A stretch of DNA of 64,000 nt from Octopus vulgaris. Lineage: Eukaryota. Position 1 is the stretch's first letter. Every line of letters begins with the position of its first letter. A model generated the notes under the pieces. That model searched no databases and was not told where the DNA came from. It saw nothing but the letters and a program-made list of their open reading frames with translations. The position numbers were made by a program, and so were the translations under genes. Of the stretch, positions 23,508 through 38,530 are shown one piece after another. The stretch lies in assembly GCA_951406725.2 (NCBI GenBank), contig OX597829.1, positions 34,968,001-35,032,000 on the forward strand. The letters are read 5' to 3'.

Positions 23508-23890
23508 CAAACAAAAATACCCTGTTGTTGATGTTGAAATTCTATTGAAGAAGTCTTGGATCTAGGTTAGAAACCGTTTCTTATCTAATGGCAAAAATCT
23601 TGAAATAAACTGAATTATGACACGCATACATGCATGCATACATACGAAAATTCTGTAAAACTTCCCAGAAGTTTGTCATTTAATTATATATGAGCATGTC
23701 TAGATATGCAACTATATGCATGAGAATACATACATAAAGAAAAGCATACAAATCTACACATATACATACATACAAACAAAAATACCCTGTTGATGTTGAA
23801 ATTCCAGTGAAGGAGCCTAGAATCTAGGTTAGAAACCGGTTCTTTCTCTATTGGCAAGAAATCTTGAAATAAAACCGAAGAATGGCATAC
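23508..23890 (+). mobile_element. Two tandem 3'-tail fragments of the (CATA)n-associated LINE
   Basis: aaaaataccctgttg..tctaggttagaaacc..tcttgaaataaa..catacata occurs twice; reverse-complement copy at 31297-31445. Confidence 0.7.
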
Positions 23891-23975
23891 ATACATACAT
23901 ACATACATACATACATACATACATACATACATACATACATACATACATACATACATACATACATACATACATACA

Positions 23976-24237
23976 TAGTTTTAATCTGGCTAGATTACAA
24001 GAAAGGCTTTGACTCTGTTCCCCACTCATGGATGCTAGAAGTCCTTCAACTTGCTAAAGTTCCAGTGAGAATATTCAAAGCCATAGCTGACCTGACTTCA
24101 TCGTGGCCCACCATCTTGAAATTAAATCCAAAGAGCGAATGTATTATCACTGATAGAATACAGTATCACAGAGGCATATTCCAAGGAGACAGCCTCTCTG
24201 TGATGTTATTTATACTTTCTGTAAACTTCCTGTCATG
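23976..24237 (+). pseudogene. RT fragment of R4/Dong-type LINE
   Basis: IWLDYKKGFDSVPHSW...RGIFQGDSLSVMLFILSVN. Confidence 0.85.
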
Positions 24238-24524
24238 TAGTTATAAGAAATATTCCTACTGCCTAATTTCACCACAATTATAGAATTATGTCAAGACAAG
24301 GTGTATTCGTTGATTAGCCCCATATCAACCCCCTTTACATACATTTGAACCACAATCATAGCCTTCTTGAGGAGAAAAAGCTAAGAATACATTATCGAAG
24401 GTATTCTTTTCATAGGAAGTCAGAAACATGGGTATGGTACAAGGGATGATTCGCCTGGTTGAGCCACGCATGTTGGTCGATCTCAGAAAATTTCTGACCT
24501 TTAGATCTTTTAACTTTTTAGATG

Positions 24525-24716
24525 CTTCAGTCATTAGAGTGCGGCCATGCTGGGGCACCGCCTTGAAGAATCTTTAGTCGAGCGAATCGACCCCAGTACT
24601 TGTTTTACTTTAAAGCCTGGAACTTAGTCTATCGGTCTCTTTCTTGCCGAACTGCTAAATTGCGGTGACGTAAACAAACCAACTGCGGTTGTCAAGCGGT
24701 AACGGGGGACAAACAA
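24525..24716 (-). mobile_element. SINE S2 3' half
   Basis: Matches the S2 tail (gcggccatgctgg..caccgcct..tttagtcgag..atcgacccc). Confidence 0.75.
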
Positions 24717-24833
24717 TGAAACAAAGGCACATACATGTATGCATGTATGCATACATACATATATACGTACATACAAATGTATGTATATGTGTGTGTATAT
24801 GTGTGTGTATGTGTGTGTGAGTGTGTGTGTGTA

Positions 24834-24898
<65 letters not shown>

Positions 24899-24911
24899 GT
24901 ATATATATATA

Positions 24912-25225
24912 TGAGGACTGCCAACATCTGTGTGGACACGTGGGAGGAAACAGCTGCTGACCGCTCTGCCTGGCGTCGGACGGTGAGGAAAGGCGTTTCC
25001 ATGGCTGAGGAGAGGAGAGCACAGCTGTGGTTGGACAGGCGGGACAGGAGGAGGACAACTGCAGCAACACCCCACACGTACCCATCGATGTTCGTGTGCA
25101 GCAACTGTACCAAGGACTGCCACTCTAGAATTGGACTGTTCAGTCACAGCAGACGCTGCACATCATCAAAGTAGGCCCCACCCTTGGCGCAACCCATTGT
25201 CTATCAAGACAGACGGGGATAAAGA
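24912..25225 (+). mobile_element. RTE-clade LINE 3' end
   Basis: WEETAADRSAWRRTV...[23 protein letters not shown], then a short 3' UTR. Confidence 0.85.
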
Positions 25226-25232
25226 AATACAT

Positions 25233-25313
<81 letters not shown>

Positions 25314-26237
25314 CATATATATGTATACATATATACATATATATATCTATATATACAAAGTGAGATAGGGGTAATATGAATTGGTTAATATCTGTAAGTC
25401 GTTGATTGAAATGAATCTGATCCTCCATTTTCTTATTTGTATATATATATATATATGTATATGTATACGACAGGCTTCTTTCAGTATCCGTCTACTCACA
25501 CGGCTTTGATCAACCCTAGGCAGTAGTAGAAGTGTCCATGAGACTGAACTTACAGCCATGTGGTTGGTAAGCAAACTTCTTACCACACAGCCATGTCAGT
25601 GCCTATCGTAAAAAAAAAAAAAACCCAGAAAAGAAAACGAAGCCAACTCAGGAAAAAACAGATGTAACATGATCAAATTCCTTCAATTTTATTAAATCAG
25701 ACATTATATCTATGACTACCTTATCCAAATATTCTTTCTACTCTGTTAAAGACTGCAGGGTAGATATAAAAGAAATTTGGATGCTAATTACAGCGTGTCG
25801 AGTTGTTGCATAGAATTATCTCAGTTCATCGAAGGTTCTTTTTTTTTGGTGGGGACACGATGGCTGTTCTGCCTCTACTTATATATCATGTCATGAGTAG
25901 CCTAGCACAGTATTTATAATGAACATGAATGCATATACATGGATGCTAGACTAAATCGTCTCAATCTATTCCTTATCGTCTTAAAAAGAAATAAAAACCC
26001 CAAATATAAGGGCAACATCTGAAATATTCATTGATTATGCAGTAGCGTTTTAAGGGAGATAATTTTATTATTGACACGGATTTACGTCCCTTCGGCCGTT
26101 AATTTTTATTCATTGCAGAGGCTATTGAAATGTATAGTTTGTCACTCAGACTACTCTAATTTTAGCATAACTGTGATCAAAGACGTTCCATTCGTGATCA
26201 TCCCTTCTTTTTATTATGCATGCTCCTTTGTGAATCA

Positions 26238-26278
<41 letters not shown>

Positions 26279-26389
26279 TATATTTATATATATATATACG
26301 TATATATACATACGCACACAAGTACAAATATATACCCACATGCACACGGTACACGCACGAATTAACACATGCACATATGTATATGTACA

Positions 26390-26393
26390 TACG

Positions 26394-26427
<34 letters not shown>

Positions 26428-26451
26428 TGTATGTATGTATGTATGTATGTA

Positions 26452-26498
<47 letters not shown>

Positions 26499-26900
26499 AT
26501 GTATGTAGGTATGAATGTATGTATGTATGTATGTATGTATGTATGTATGTATGTATGTATGTATGTATGTATGTATGTATGTATGTATTAATGTATGTAT
26601 GTATGTATATATGTATGTACGTACGTATGTATGTATGTATGTATGTAATGTATGTATGTATGTATGTATGTATGTATGTATGTATGTATGTATGTATGTA
26701 TGTATGTGTGTGTGTGTGTATGTACGTATGTATGTATGTATGAATGTATGTATGTATGTATGTGTGTGTGTGTATATGTGTGTATGTATGTATGTATGTA
26801 TGTATGTATGTATGTATGTATGTATGTATGTATGTATGTATGTATGTATGTATGTATGTATGAATGTATGTATGTATGTATGTATGTATGTATGTATGTA

Positions 26901-26937
<37 letters not shown>

Positions 26938-27024
26938 ATGTATGTATGTATGTAGGTATGAATGAATGTATGTATGTATGTATGTATGTATGTATGTATG
27001 TATGTATGTATGTATGTATGTATG

Positions 27025-27055
<31 letters not shown>

Positions 27056-28064
27056 TGAATGTATGTATGTATGTAATGAATGTATGCATGTATGCATGTA
27101 TAGTAGTGCGTACCTATGCATGTGTGTGTTCGTGTGGTAGCTTTTTTTAGTCAGTAGTTGGTTTCTAACAAAGAAAATGAAATAATCATAGCTAGGATTT
27201 GAACAATAACAACTAATACTCCTGGACATCAGAAAAGTCTAGCATACATTTACTGCTCAGGTGGTCAGATTCTTTGCCACCTAAACATTTGTTAACATAT
27301 CCGAGCGTACCAAAAATTATTGGTATAAATGTAAATTTATAATAAAGGTAGAGAAATTATAGGTTTGTCACCAGTTGTCCGTAAATATTCATTTTCTGAT
27401 TTTGAAAGCGATGTTCACACCTTCTGGGCATCAGGCGTCTATGATTCAAATATCATTTTGTATTCAAATTTGGTGAAAGTTCCGATGTGAAAGTTCTGTC
27501 ACTATTCTGGAATATATGTACTCAGTGACAAAAATATTTTTGTACACCTATCTTAGTTTTTGCTGCGAAGGCAAGGTCTTTTGTTTTAGTAACAACATCT
27601 GCATTTTGTATGTATGTATGTATGTATGTATGTATGTATGTATGTATGTATGTATGTATGTATGTATGTATGTATGTATGTATGTATGTATGTATGTATG
27701 TATGTATGTATGTATGTATGTATGTATGTATGTATGTATGTATGTATGTTCGTAGGTATGCATGCATGTATGTATGTATGTAATGTATGTATTAATGTAT
27801 GTATGTATGTATGTATGTATGTATGTATGTATGTATGTATGTATGTATGTATGTATGTATGTATACGTATGTGTGTCTGTCTGTATGTATGTATGTATGT
27901 ATGAATGTATGTATGTATGTATGTATGTATGTAATGTATGTATTAATGTATGTATGTATGTATGAATGTATGTATGTATGTATGTAAGTATGTATGTATG
28001 TATGTAAGTATGTATGTATGTAAGTTTGTTTGTATGTATGTATGTATGTATGTATGTATGTATG

Positions 28065-28095
<31 letters not shown>

Positions 28096-28149
28096 TGTAT
28101 GTATTAATGTATGTATGTATGTATGAATGTATGTATGTATGTATGTAAG

Positions 28150-28180
<31 letters not shown>

Positions 28181-29429
28181 GTTTGTTTGTATGTATGTAT
28201 GTATGTATGTATGTATGTATGTTTGTATGTATGTATGTATGTATGTATGTATGTATACGTATGTGTGTCTGTATGTATGTATGTATGTATGTATGTATGA
28301 ATGTATGTATGTATGTATGTATGTATGTATGTATGTATGTATGTGTGTGTGTATGTATGTATGTATGTATGTATGTATGTATGTATGTATGTATGTATGA
28401 ATATATGTATGCATGTAATGTATGTATTAATGTATGTATGTATGTATGTATGTATGTATGTATGTGTGTATGTATGTATGTATGTATGTATGAATGTATG
28501 TATGTATGTATGTATGTGTGTGTATGTATGTATGTATGCATGTATGTTTGTATGTATGTATGTGTGTGTGTATGTATGTGTGTGTGTGTATGTATGAATG
28601 TATGTATGTATGTATGTATGTATGTATGTATGTATGTGTGCAGATTTGTATGTTTTGCTTTATGTATGTATTCTCATGCATATAATCACATATCTAGACA
28701 TGCTCATATTTATTTAAATGATAATCTTCTGGGAAGTTTTACAGATTTTTATAGTTCTAGTGATGTATAGGATTTGTAGCGTTCTCCTTTCTGGGTTTGA
28801 GAAGCCTAATTTATCAAGATTGTTATTTAGGCAGTGTGTTACATATCCCAGGGCCCCTATAATTACAGGTATAAACCCGAACTTGTACTCTGGATAGAGT
28901 AACTGTAGATTTCTCAATAGTTCAGCATAGGTATTCTCTTTTTCACTGATCTTCAGCTTTATTCCAACATCCGCTAGGCAGTTAATTTCCACAACTGTTC
29001 ACAGTTTCTCTTCTCTGTTCTAAATCATTATATCAGATGTGCTTACATTTTTTTTTTGAAGTCTTTACTGGTACATTCCACCAGTATTCCTTTTTATTAT
29101 GAGTGGCTATTACTTCTGCTATATTGTGGGTTCTTTGTATTCAGGATTATCCTTCCGACGGATTTCATTATAGAGTGTCCTAGCTACAACGTCATGTCTC
29201 ATCGGGAGATAATACCGTGATGACATTTTCGGACAACTGCTTATGATGTGAGTGATATCTTCAGTGTGAACTCCACAAAGTCTGCATCTATTGTCACATT
29301 TTACGGCTTTTCCTGCATCTCTGTCCGTTTTGAGCATCAGGTATTTGGTTGATATTTCCTGTTCCTAGATTGCAAACGCATATCTTTCAAAGCTGGAGAT
29401 AGTAATCCGGCTTTTGGCCCATGATAAAC

Positions 29430-29464
<35 letters not shown>

Positions 29465-30668
29465 TGTATGTATGTATGTATGTATGTATGTATGTATGTA
29501 TGTATGTATGTATGTATGTATGTATGTATGTATGTATGTGTGTGTGTGTATGTATTTATGTATGCATGTATGTATGTGTGTGTATGTATGTATGTATATG
29601 TGTGTGTATGTATGCATGTATGCATGCATGTATGTATGTATGTATGTATGTATGTATGTTCGTATGTATGCATGTATGTATGTAAGTTTGTATGTATGTA
29701 TGTTTGTATGTATGTATGTATGTATGTATACGTATGTGTGTCTGTATGTATGTATGTATGTATGTATGTATGTATGTATGTATGTATGAATGTATGTATG
29801 TATGTATGTATGTGTGCAGATTTGTATGTATGTATGTATGTATGTGTGTGTGTGTATGTAAGTATGTATGTATGTGTGTATGTATGTATGTGTGTGTATG
29901 TATGTATGTATGTATGTATGTATGCATGTATGCATGCATGTATGTATGTATTTATGTATGTATGTATGTATGTATGTGTGTGTGTATGTATGTATGTATG
30001 TATGTATGCATGTATGCATGCATGTATGTATGTATGTATGTATGTATGTATGTATGTATGTATGTATGTTCGTATGTATGCATGTATGTATGTAAGTTTG
30101 TATGTATGTATGTTTGTATGTATGTATGTATGTATGTATACGTATGTGTGTCTGTCTGTATGTATGTATGTATGTATGTATGTATGTATGTATGTATGTA
30201 TGTATGTATGTATGTGTGTGTGTGTATGTATTTATGTATGTAAGCATGTATGTATGTGTGTGTATGTATGAATGTATGTATGTATGTATGTATGTATGTA
30301 TGTACGTGTGTGTATGTATGTATGTATGTATGCATGTATGCATGCATGTATGTATGTATGTATGTATGTATGTATGTATGTTCGTATGTATGCATGTATG
30401 TATGTAAGTTTGTATGTATGTATGTTTGTATGTATGTATGTATGTATACGTATGTGTGTCTGTATGTATGTATGTATGTATATGTATGTATGTTCGTATG
30501 TATGCATGTATGTATGTAAGTTTGTATGTATGTATGTTTGTATGTATGTATGTATGTATGTATACGTATGTGTGTCTGTATGTATGTATGTATGTATGTA
30601 TGTATGTATGAATGTATGTATGAATGTATGTATGTATGTATGTATGTGTGCAGATTTGTATGTATGTA

Positions 30669-30727
<59 letters not shown>

Positions 30728-31296
30728 GTATGTATGTATGTATGTATGTATGTGTGTGTGTATGTATTTATGTATGTATGCATGTATGTATGTGTGTGTA
30801 TGTATGTATGTATGTATGTATGTATATATGTATGTGTGTGTGTGTGTATGTATGTATGTATGCATGTATGCATGTATGCATACATGTATGTATGTATGTA
30901 TGTATGTATGTATGTATGTATGTATGTATGTATGTATGTTCGTATGTATGCATGTATGTATGTAAGTTTGTATGTATGTATGTTTGTATGTATGTATGTA
31001 TGTATGTATACGTATGTGTGTCTGTCTGTATGTATGTATGTATGTATGTATGTATGTATGTATGTATGTATGTATGTATGTATGTATGTGTGTGTGTGTG
31101 TATGTATTTATGTATGTATGCATGTATGTATGTGTGTGTATGTATGTATGTATGTATGTATGTATGTATGTGTGTGTGTATGTATGTATGTATGTATGTA
31201 TGTATGTATGCATGTATGCATGCATGTATGTATGTATGTATGTATGTATGTATGTATGTGTGTGTGTGTATGTATATATGTATGTATGTATGTATG
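26390..31296. repeat. ~4-kb (TATG)n satellite domain in three blocks with embedded LINE fragments
   Basis: Blocks 26390-27100, 27608-28640 and 29435-31296; source of all MYVC/HTYI ORFs. Confidence 0.97.
28636..29430 (-). mobile_element. RLE-type LINE 3' fragment (zinc knuckle and RLE)
   Basis: CRLCGVHTEDITHIISSCPKMSSRYYLPMRHDVVA; EINCLAD..ISEKENTY..YPEYKFGFIPVIIGALG. Confidence 0.88.
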
Positions 31297-31472
31297 TCAT
31301 TCTTCAGTTTTATTTCAAGATTTCTTGTCAATAGAAAAAGAATCAGTTTCTAATCCAGATCCAAGGGTCCCTCATTGGAATTTCAACATCGACAATAGGG
31401 TTGTTTTTTGTTTGTATGTATGTATATGTGCAGATTTGTATGTTTGTATGTATACCTATACAAACACACACA

Positions 31473-31556
<84 letters not shown>

Positions 31557-31945
31557 TACACACACACAATAAATTAAGAATTAAAAAAGGTGGATTATTA
31601 GCAATTAGAACCTAAAGGTAAAAATAAGCCACCCGTTTTAAATTGTTGCTTACACTTCCATCGTTTTGGAAATCAACACACGTTTACAACGTCTTTTTTT
31701 ATAAGACTGACAGAGGTAATTGAGTTTGACCCTTGGCGTTAAGAGTAAGTGTCGAGGATTAAAATGGCCTACATCAAAATCAGAATTGGAAATCTGGCTA
31801 TGTACGCTGGGGACTTACCTCCCTTCGTCAGTTACTTAAGACAGTGCTCTTGTGGTTTTGTGTTAGTTTAACTCTTATCTTTGACAAAAGCGACGCTAGT
31901 CAGTACCCTTTGTCACTTTTGTGACATGTATTAATTTTGCCTTTA

Positions 31946-31989
<44 letters not shown>

Positions 31990-31992
<3 letters not shown>

Positions 31993-32185
31993 AGATTTTA
32001 CGAAAAAAAACAAAAGACGAAGATAGGTGGTGTACAAAACAAACAGATGTATTAGTATAACGTTCAGAAATAGAAAAAAGTCTTTTACGTTTCGAGCCTA
32101 CTCTCTACTACAGAAAGGGACACAGAAAAAAAAAAAAAAACAAGGAGAGAAAGAAGGATAGAAAAAAAGGAGAGAAAAAAATATA
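31990..32185 (-). mobile_element. Short (TA)n-associated element with degenerate hammerhead-like motif
   Basis: Reverse complement matches 59512-59657 (gtaggctcgaaacgtaaaa...tcttcgtctttt); tail-only copy at 36922-36987. Confidence 0.65.
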
Positions 32186-32199
32186 TTTGTATATATTCT

Positions 32200-32780
32200 C
32201 CAGGGCTGGGATTCTTACAGATGGCACATTGTATATCGTTTTAGATGCAACATCATGTCTGAATGGGAGGTAGTATGTTGATGACATTTTAAAGTAGTTT
32301 CTGAAACCATGTGCAGTATATTCCACGAAAGTGTGACACTGACATTTTCCGTTGCAGCTTGTGGATATGAGGAAACAGTGAAGCCGGGCTTCACTGCTTC
32401 CTGTGTTCATTGGAAATTGTGTAACTTACTCTTGTCCTTGAATTTCAGACGTGAAAATTCTGGTCTGTTGTTGATGTATTCCACACTGGTATCGCAAAAT
32501 CAGCGTTCTCTATCACAATATGGAGGTTTAGAGGTTCCCTTATCATTCTTGTTGATCAGGTGTCACCTTTTTTTTTTTTTTCTGGATAGTAATGGAGTAT
32601 CCTTCTAGGTGGTATGAGAGGTCCAGTAAAGGCCACTCTTTTTGTCAATATTGTTGACATCCCGCAGTATATTTTGCAGGCATACATAACTTACTATTAA
32701 TGTGAATATATCTCCGTTGAGCTTCTGATAATGGGATAATTTAAAGAAGGATATTAGAAAGAAAGATATTCTAACAATCA
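32200..32780 (-). pseudogene. Highly decayed fragment of the same RLE LINE family
   Basis: KMSSTYYLPFRHDVASKTIYN. Confidence 0.6.
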
Positions 32781-33489
32781 GAATATGAAACTGAAATGAA
32801 AGAATATGAAAACGAAGAAAGAGACGCTAAGGCGATACATGAAGGGTTTGACTATCCTTCTGAAATACCTTTTTTTAAATACGTATTGTGTTATTGAAGT
32901 TAACCCCAAATCAACCCCTATTGGACAGACATAGGACGAAGGTCGTTGTAGGTATACCCATCCCGTCATTCTCTCTTGTATTGAGTATGTAGGACTACAT
33001 AAACATATAATGTGTCCCTCTATTTTCAAGGTGGTAAAATGTAATATGAAAATGTTTGGTTAATATTTCTAGAAAGTCGAGAGCTATATTTGCATCTATA
33101 TAATTTTATTTGTAATTGTGGTGAGCACTGCAGGCAGTTGTGCTCGTGACATTTTTACTATTTCTGGTCAAGCAATTCACCTACATTGTTGAATCTCTTC
33201 GAAAGGCACGAAAAACATCACTAGACCTTCTTTAAAATGTATTTTCTCGAATCTGCTAATAATAATGAAATATTTTAAATTGTTATTCGTGAGAGTGTTG
33301 TAATACCAAGAGATAATCATTTGGTGATGTGAGACTAACACTTATATATGAAGCTATTTCACTTCACATTTGCCGCTTATGGTCCTTGCAAAAGGACCAT
33401 AAGGATTACGTTACAACTTTCCTTCTGCCAATCTCCACTGCATGCATTCATGCATACATACATACATATATACATACATACATATATAC

Positions 33490-33715
33490 CTATTTGTTTA
33501 TTACCCACAAGGGGCTAAACACAGAGGGGACGAACAAGGACAGACATAGGTATTAAGTTGATTACATCGACCCCAGTGCGCAACTGGTACTTAATTTATC
33601 GACCCCGAAAGGATGAAAGGCAAAGTCGACCTCGGCGGAATTTGAACTCACAACGGAACGACAGACGAAATACGGCTCCGCATTTCGCCCGGCGTGCTAA
33701 CGTGTCTGCCAGCTC
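33490..33715 (-). mobile_element. SINE S1
   Basis: Matches the S1 consensus including tail. Confidence 0.88.
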
Positions 33716-34643
33716 TTTCTTCGTTTTCATATTCTTTCATTTCATATTTTTCATTCTTTCATATTCTTTCATTACCCATATAATATGAATGTGGTAAGAA
33801 AAATGCAAGTGAAGAAAGACGTCTTTGGGCCATTGGTGAAACATCTGCCAGCCCAGAGTCCGAAATATGTCTTGTCTTTTAACTATTCTTTTTGGAATGA
33901 CAGGATGTGTCCCAAACTAGTTAGGTCCAAGTGCAGAATTAGAATTCTTGGAGAACGCACGTAAATTCGTAATTCATATACTACAAATAAACTCGAAATC
34001 TGGGACAATAAACGTGTGCAAGAACTTGTTAAAATTTAAAGTTAAATACTTACAAAAAAGATGATAAAAAAGTTTTTTTTTTAAAAAAAAAGAATCTTTT
34101 CTTTATTGGTGAAATCATTCTATTTCGGCATAATCATCACCTTGTCACCTCCCAGGTCGTCGATCAAAATATACATCGAAAGAAATCTATAGCAGTTTAC
34201 TTCGATTTTATCATCAAATTATATTTTGGAATATGGTAGAGAGCGTAAAAGTATGTATTATCACAGAATTCCTTTTATCACTTTCATAAAAATATATAAT
34301 AGCTGTATGTAAGAAATTGATAAAGTTTCGAAGAATTGTTTGTGTTGATAGACAGCTATTTCAGGAATATGCAATGGGCCATTTTCCCTTAGAACCTTGA
34401 ACAATGGTCTCGTGCTATCCTTTTGGCCTATACATATAAGAACCGTTAAGAAGAAGAAATCCCACCTCGCCCCTCAAAATAATATTCAGGTATGAATATA
34501 TAAATATTAATGGTTTTGAACTGTATTTTTCAAACTTATTTTATCGCGAAACCCTTTTACGATTTTATAAAAAAATCATTGAATCTACACCGACATTTTA
34601 CAGACATCACCATTATAATTTTAAAAGACCTTTAAATGAAATG

Positions 34644-34726
<83 letters not shown>

Positions 34727-34856
34727 GTGTGTGTGTGTGTGTGCATGTGTGCGAGAGTTTATGTGTATGTGTGTGTGTGTGAGATAGGGAACGAGAGAGA
34801 GAAGGAGAGTGTGTGTTTATGTGATATATATATATAGGGCATTTATTCATAAAAAG

Positions 34857-35250
34857 CAGGCGTAGCTGTGGGGTAAGAGCATTACCTCCCAGCCACATAC
34901 TTCCGGGTTCAGTCCTGCTGCGTGGCACCCTGACCAAGTGTCTTCTGCTATAGCTGCGTGCGGACCAAAGCCTTGTGATTAGTTTTGGTTGACGGAAACT
35001 GGAAGAAGCCCATTGTATATATGCATATATGTATATATACAATGCCTTTGTGTTTGTCCTCCCTTCCACCGCTTGACAATCGGGATTGGTTTGTTTATGT
35101 TCCCGTGACTTAATGGTTCGGCAAAAGGCACTAATTGAATAAGGACAAGGCTTTAAAATATATTAAGTACTGGGGTCGATTCACTCGACTAAAAATTCTT
35201 CATGGTGTTGCCCCAGCGTGGCTGTAGTCTAATGACTGAAGCAAATAAAA
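34857..35250 (+). mobile_element. tRNA-derived SINE S2 (CORE-like central segment)
   Basis: A box tagctgtggggtaa, B box gggttcagtcc, ggcaccctgaccaagtgtctt core, S2 tail. Confidence 0.82.
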
Positions 35251-35297
35251 GATCAGAGATAACGTGTTTTGGAAATGGGATGTATATATATTTAATT

Positions 35298-35524
35298 CTT
35301 TACTACCCACAAGGGGCTAAACACAGAGGGGACAAACAAGGACAGACAAACGGATTAAGCCGATTATATCGACCGCAGTGCGTAACGAGTACTTAATTTA
35401 TCGATCCCGAAAGGATGAAAGGCAAAGTCGACCTCGGCGGAATTTGAACTCGTAACGCAACGACAGACGAAATACGGCTACGCATTTCGCCCAGCGTGCT
35501 AACGTTTCTGCCAGCTCGCCGCCT
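35298..35524 (-). mobile_element. SINE S1
   Basis: Matches the S1 consensus including tail. Confidence 0.9.
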
Positions 35525-35677
35525 TTGGAAATGGGACGTATAATTTGTTTTAAAATACATTTATAGTAAATTATATTAAAATATATATCCTGGAATTTGA
35601 TGAGGGGAACCAACTTTAAAAAAAACAATGGTTTAGAGTACATAATATTGACATATACCGTCTTAATAGAGAGAGAT

Positions 35678-35758
<81 letters not shown>

Positions 35759-36448
35759 TTCAATGCTGAAATATTCTCTTTCAACATGACCCTCACAACA
35801 TCTCCTTTACGTATGTATCAACATGTCTACATATCAAGTTTATCAAATGTCTACACATACATGTCTACATACCAAGTTTTTATACACGTCTACGTATCAG
35901 TTTTTATACATGTCTACATATCAAGTTTGTCAAAAAATATAATGAGCTGTAAATAAGTAACTCTGGGCACCCAATTTTGAGTATTCAGTGTAAGTTTAAA
36001 GGAAACGACTGAGCATAAAAAAAAAACAATGTGAAATATTTTGTTAGTTACAGAAACCACGGCTCCAAAGGGTCTGGACTAAAATGTCTTGGAGGCGCAA
36101 TACTATATAACACTATTTATTCCGAATTTCCTTCTTTACTTTCGGAACTAATTCAAGCTAATAGCAATAGAAAAAAAAAAGTCTTTTTTTTCTTGTATTT
36201 AAGTTAATACTTTACTATTTCCATTATTCGCTGGCTGTGCATATGCATGCACCATAAAACGGATTCACACATGCGCACAAATATGCAGACGCACACATGC
36301 ACAAGTGCACACACACACACGTACACGTGCACACACATATGTAAGTTCACAAGAATATATGCATACACACACTTACACACACACACATACACACAAACAC
36401 ACACACACACACACACAAACACACACAAACACACACACGCACACACAG

Positions 36449-36491
<43 letters not shown>

Positions 36492-36512
36492 AACACACAC
36501 AGAAAGATATTT

Positions 36513-36647
36513 ACGGCGGGCTTCTTTTCAGTCTCCGTCTACCAAATTCTCTCCGAAGGCTTTGGTCGGCGTGAGGCTATAGTAGAAACCATTGGCGCAA
36601 ATTGTTCCACAGTGGGACAGAACCTAGAACCATGTGGTTGGGAAGCA
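36513..36647 (-). mobile_element. SINE S2 5' fragment
   Basis: cgggcttctttt..ccgtctaccaaat..gctttggtcggc..gctatagtagaa. Confidence 0.7.
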
Positions 36648-36649
36648 AA

Positions 36650-36698
<49 letters not shown>

Positions 36699-36718
36699 CT
36701 CTATCTCTCTATCTATAT

Positions 36719-36771
<53 letters not shown>

Positions 36772-36810
36772 ATATATATAAATATATATATCAAAGTATC
36801 AATATATATA

Positions 36811-36856
<46 letters not shown>

Positions 36857-36982
36857 ATATATAAATATATAAGTATGAATATATATAAATATATATATAT
36901 ATATATACATAAATATATATATAATACATCTGTTTGTTGTCTACATCATCTGTCTTCGTCTTTTGTTTTTTTTGTGAATTGT

Positions 36983-37016
<34 letters not shown>

Positions 37017-37022
<6 letters not shown>

Positions 37023-37266
37023 ATCACGTGACCGACCAGACCATCAGATGTTGTTACACATCGCTGGCCACAATGCGTTTGCATTGTTTTATCCTTCGAA
37101 TGACGCCACACCGCTGTCTAAGCGAGCAGGCCAACAGAAGAAAGGGAGCTTCGTGGAGCTTTTAAGTGTTTTCGCTAAATAAACACACACAACGCCCGGC
37201 CTGGGAATCGAAACCGCTATACTGCTACCGCGAGTCTGCTGCCCTAACAACTAGGCCATTGCGCCT

Positions 37267-37269
<3 letters not shown>
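37017..37269 (-). mobile_element. tRNA-derived SINE S3 variant
   Basis: Head ggaggcgcaatggcctagttgttagggcagcagactcgcgg...gtttcgattcccag shared with 46981-47363; different 3' part. Confidence 0.78.
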
Positions 37270-37324
<55 letters not shown>

Positions 37325-37350
37325 AATTAGAGATAAAACCGGTATTTTGC

Positions 37351-37419
<69 letters not shown>

Positions 37420-37436
37420 TAATATAATATAATATG

Positions 37437-37478
<42 letters not shown>

Positions 37479-37493
37479 ATATAATATTATATG

Positions 37494-37558
<65 letters not shown>

Positions 37559-37581
37559 TAATATAATATAATATGTATATA

Positions 37582-37699
<118 letters not shown>

Positions 37700-37949
37700 A
37701 ACACACACACATATATCGACATTGGCCATACGTATATAAATACACACACACACACACACACACATAGACAAAACAAAATAGAAAGCTGGAAAATTTATCT
37801 CATTTTTGTTATACACCCACCTCTGCACAACAATATTTATAGAATTTTCAACCCAAATATGCCCCTTGCATCTATACAACAACGACAGCAACTACATATT
37901 GGATTGTAATAATGGAATAAGCAGATATGCTTCAAAAGGAAAATTTACC

Positions 37950-38001
<52 letters not shown>

Positions 38002-38015
38002 ACACGCACACAGAT

Positions 38016-38175
38016 GCAGGTGTAGCTGTGTGGTAAGAAGCTTGCTTCCATACCACATAGTTCCGGGTTCAGTCCCACCTCGTGCCAACTTGGTCAAAAA
38101 TCTACTGTAACCTCGAGCCGACCATAGCATTGTGTGTGGATTTGGCAGTCGGAAACTGAAAGAATCCCGTCGTAT
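38016..38175 (+). mobile_element. SINE S2 5' half
   Basis: A and B boxes plus ggaaactgaaagaatcccgtcgt. Confidence 0.78.
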
Positions 38176-38229
38176 ATACATATTTGTATGTCTCTCTCTC
38201 TATATATACAAATATTTACCCCCCACACA

Positions 38230-38268
<39 letters not shown>

Positions 38269-38337
38269 TATATATAAGTATATATATGTATATATATATG
38301 TATATATACATGTATATATATATGTATATATATATAC

Positions 38338-38397
<60 letters not shown>

Positions 38398-38402
38398 GCA
38401 TA

Positions 38403-38445
<43 letters not shown>

Positions 38446-38489
38446 GTATACACACACATATATATATATATATATGTATATATATGTAT

Positions 38490-38530
<41 letters not shown>

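Noticed and set aside
26235-31615. Very long MYVC/HTYI ORFs (up to 637 aa)
   Set aside because: Read-through of stop-poor (TATG)n repeats; no coding signal.
31805-31900. Minus-strand splice donor (acttacct)
   Set aside because: Isolated motif without a supportable exon.
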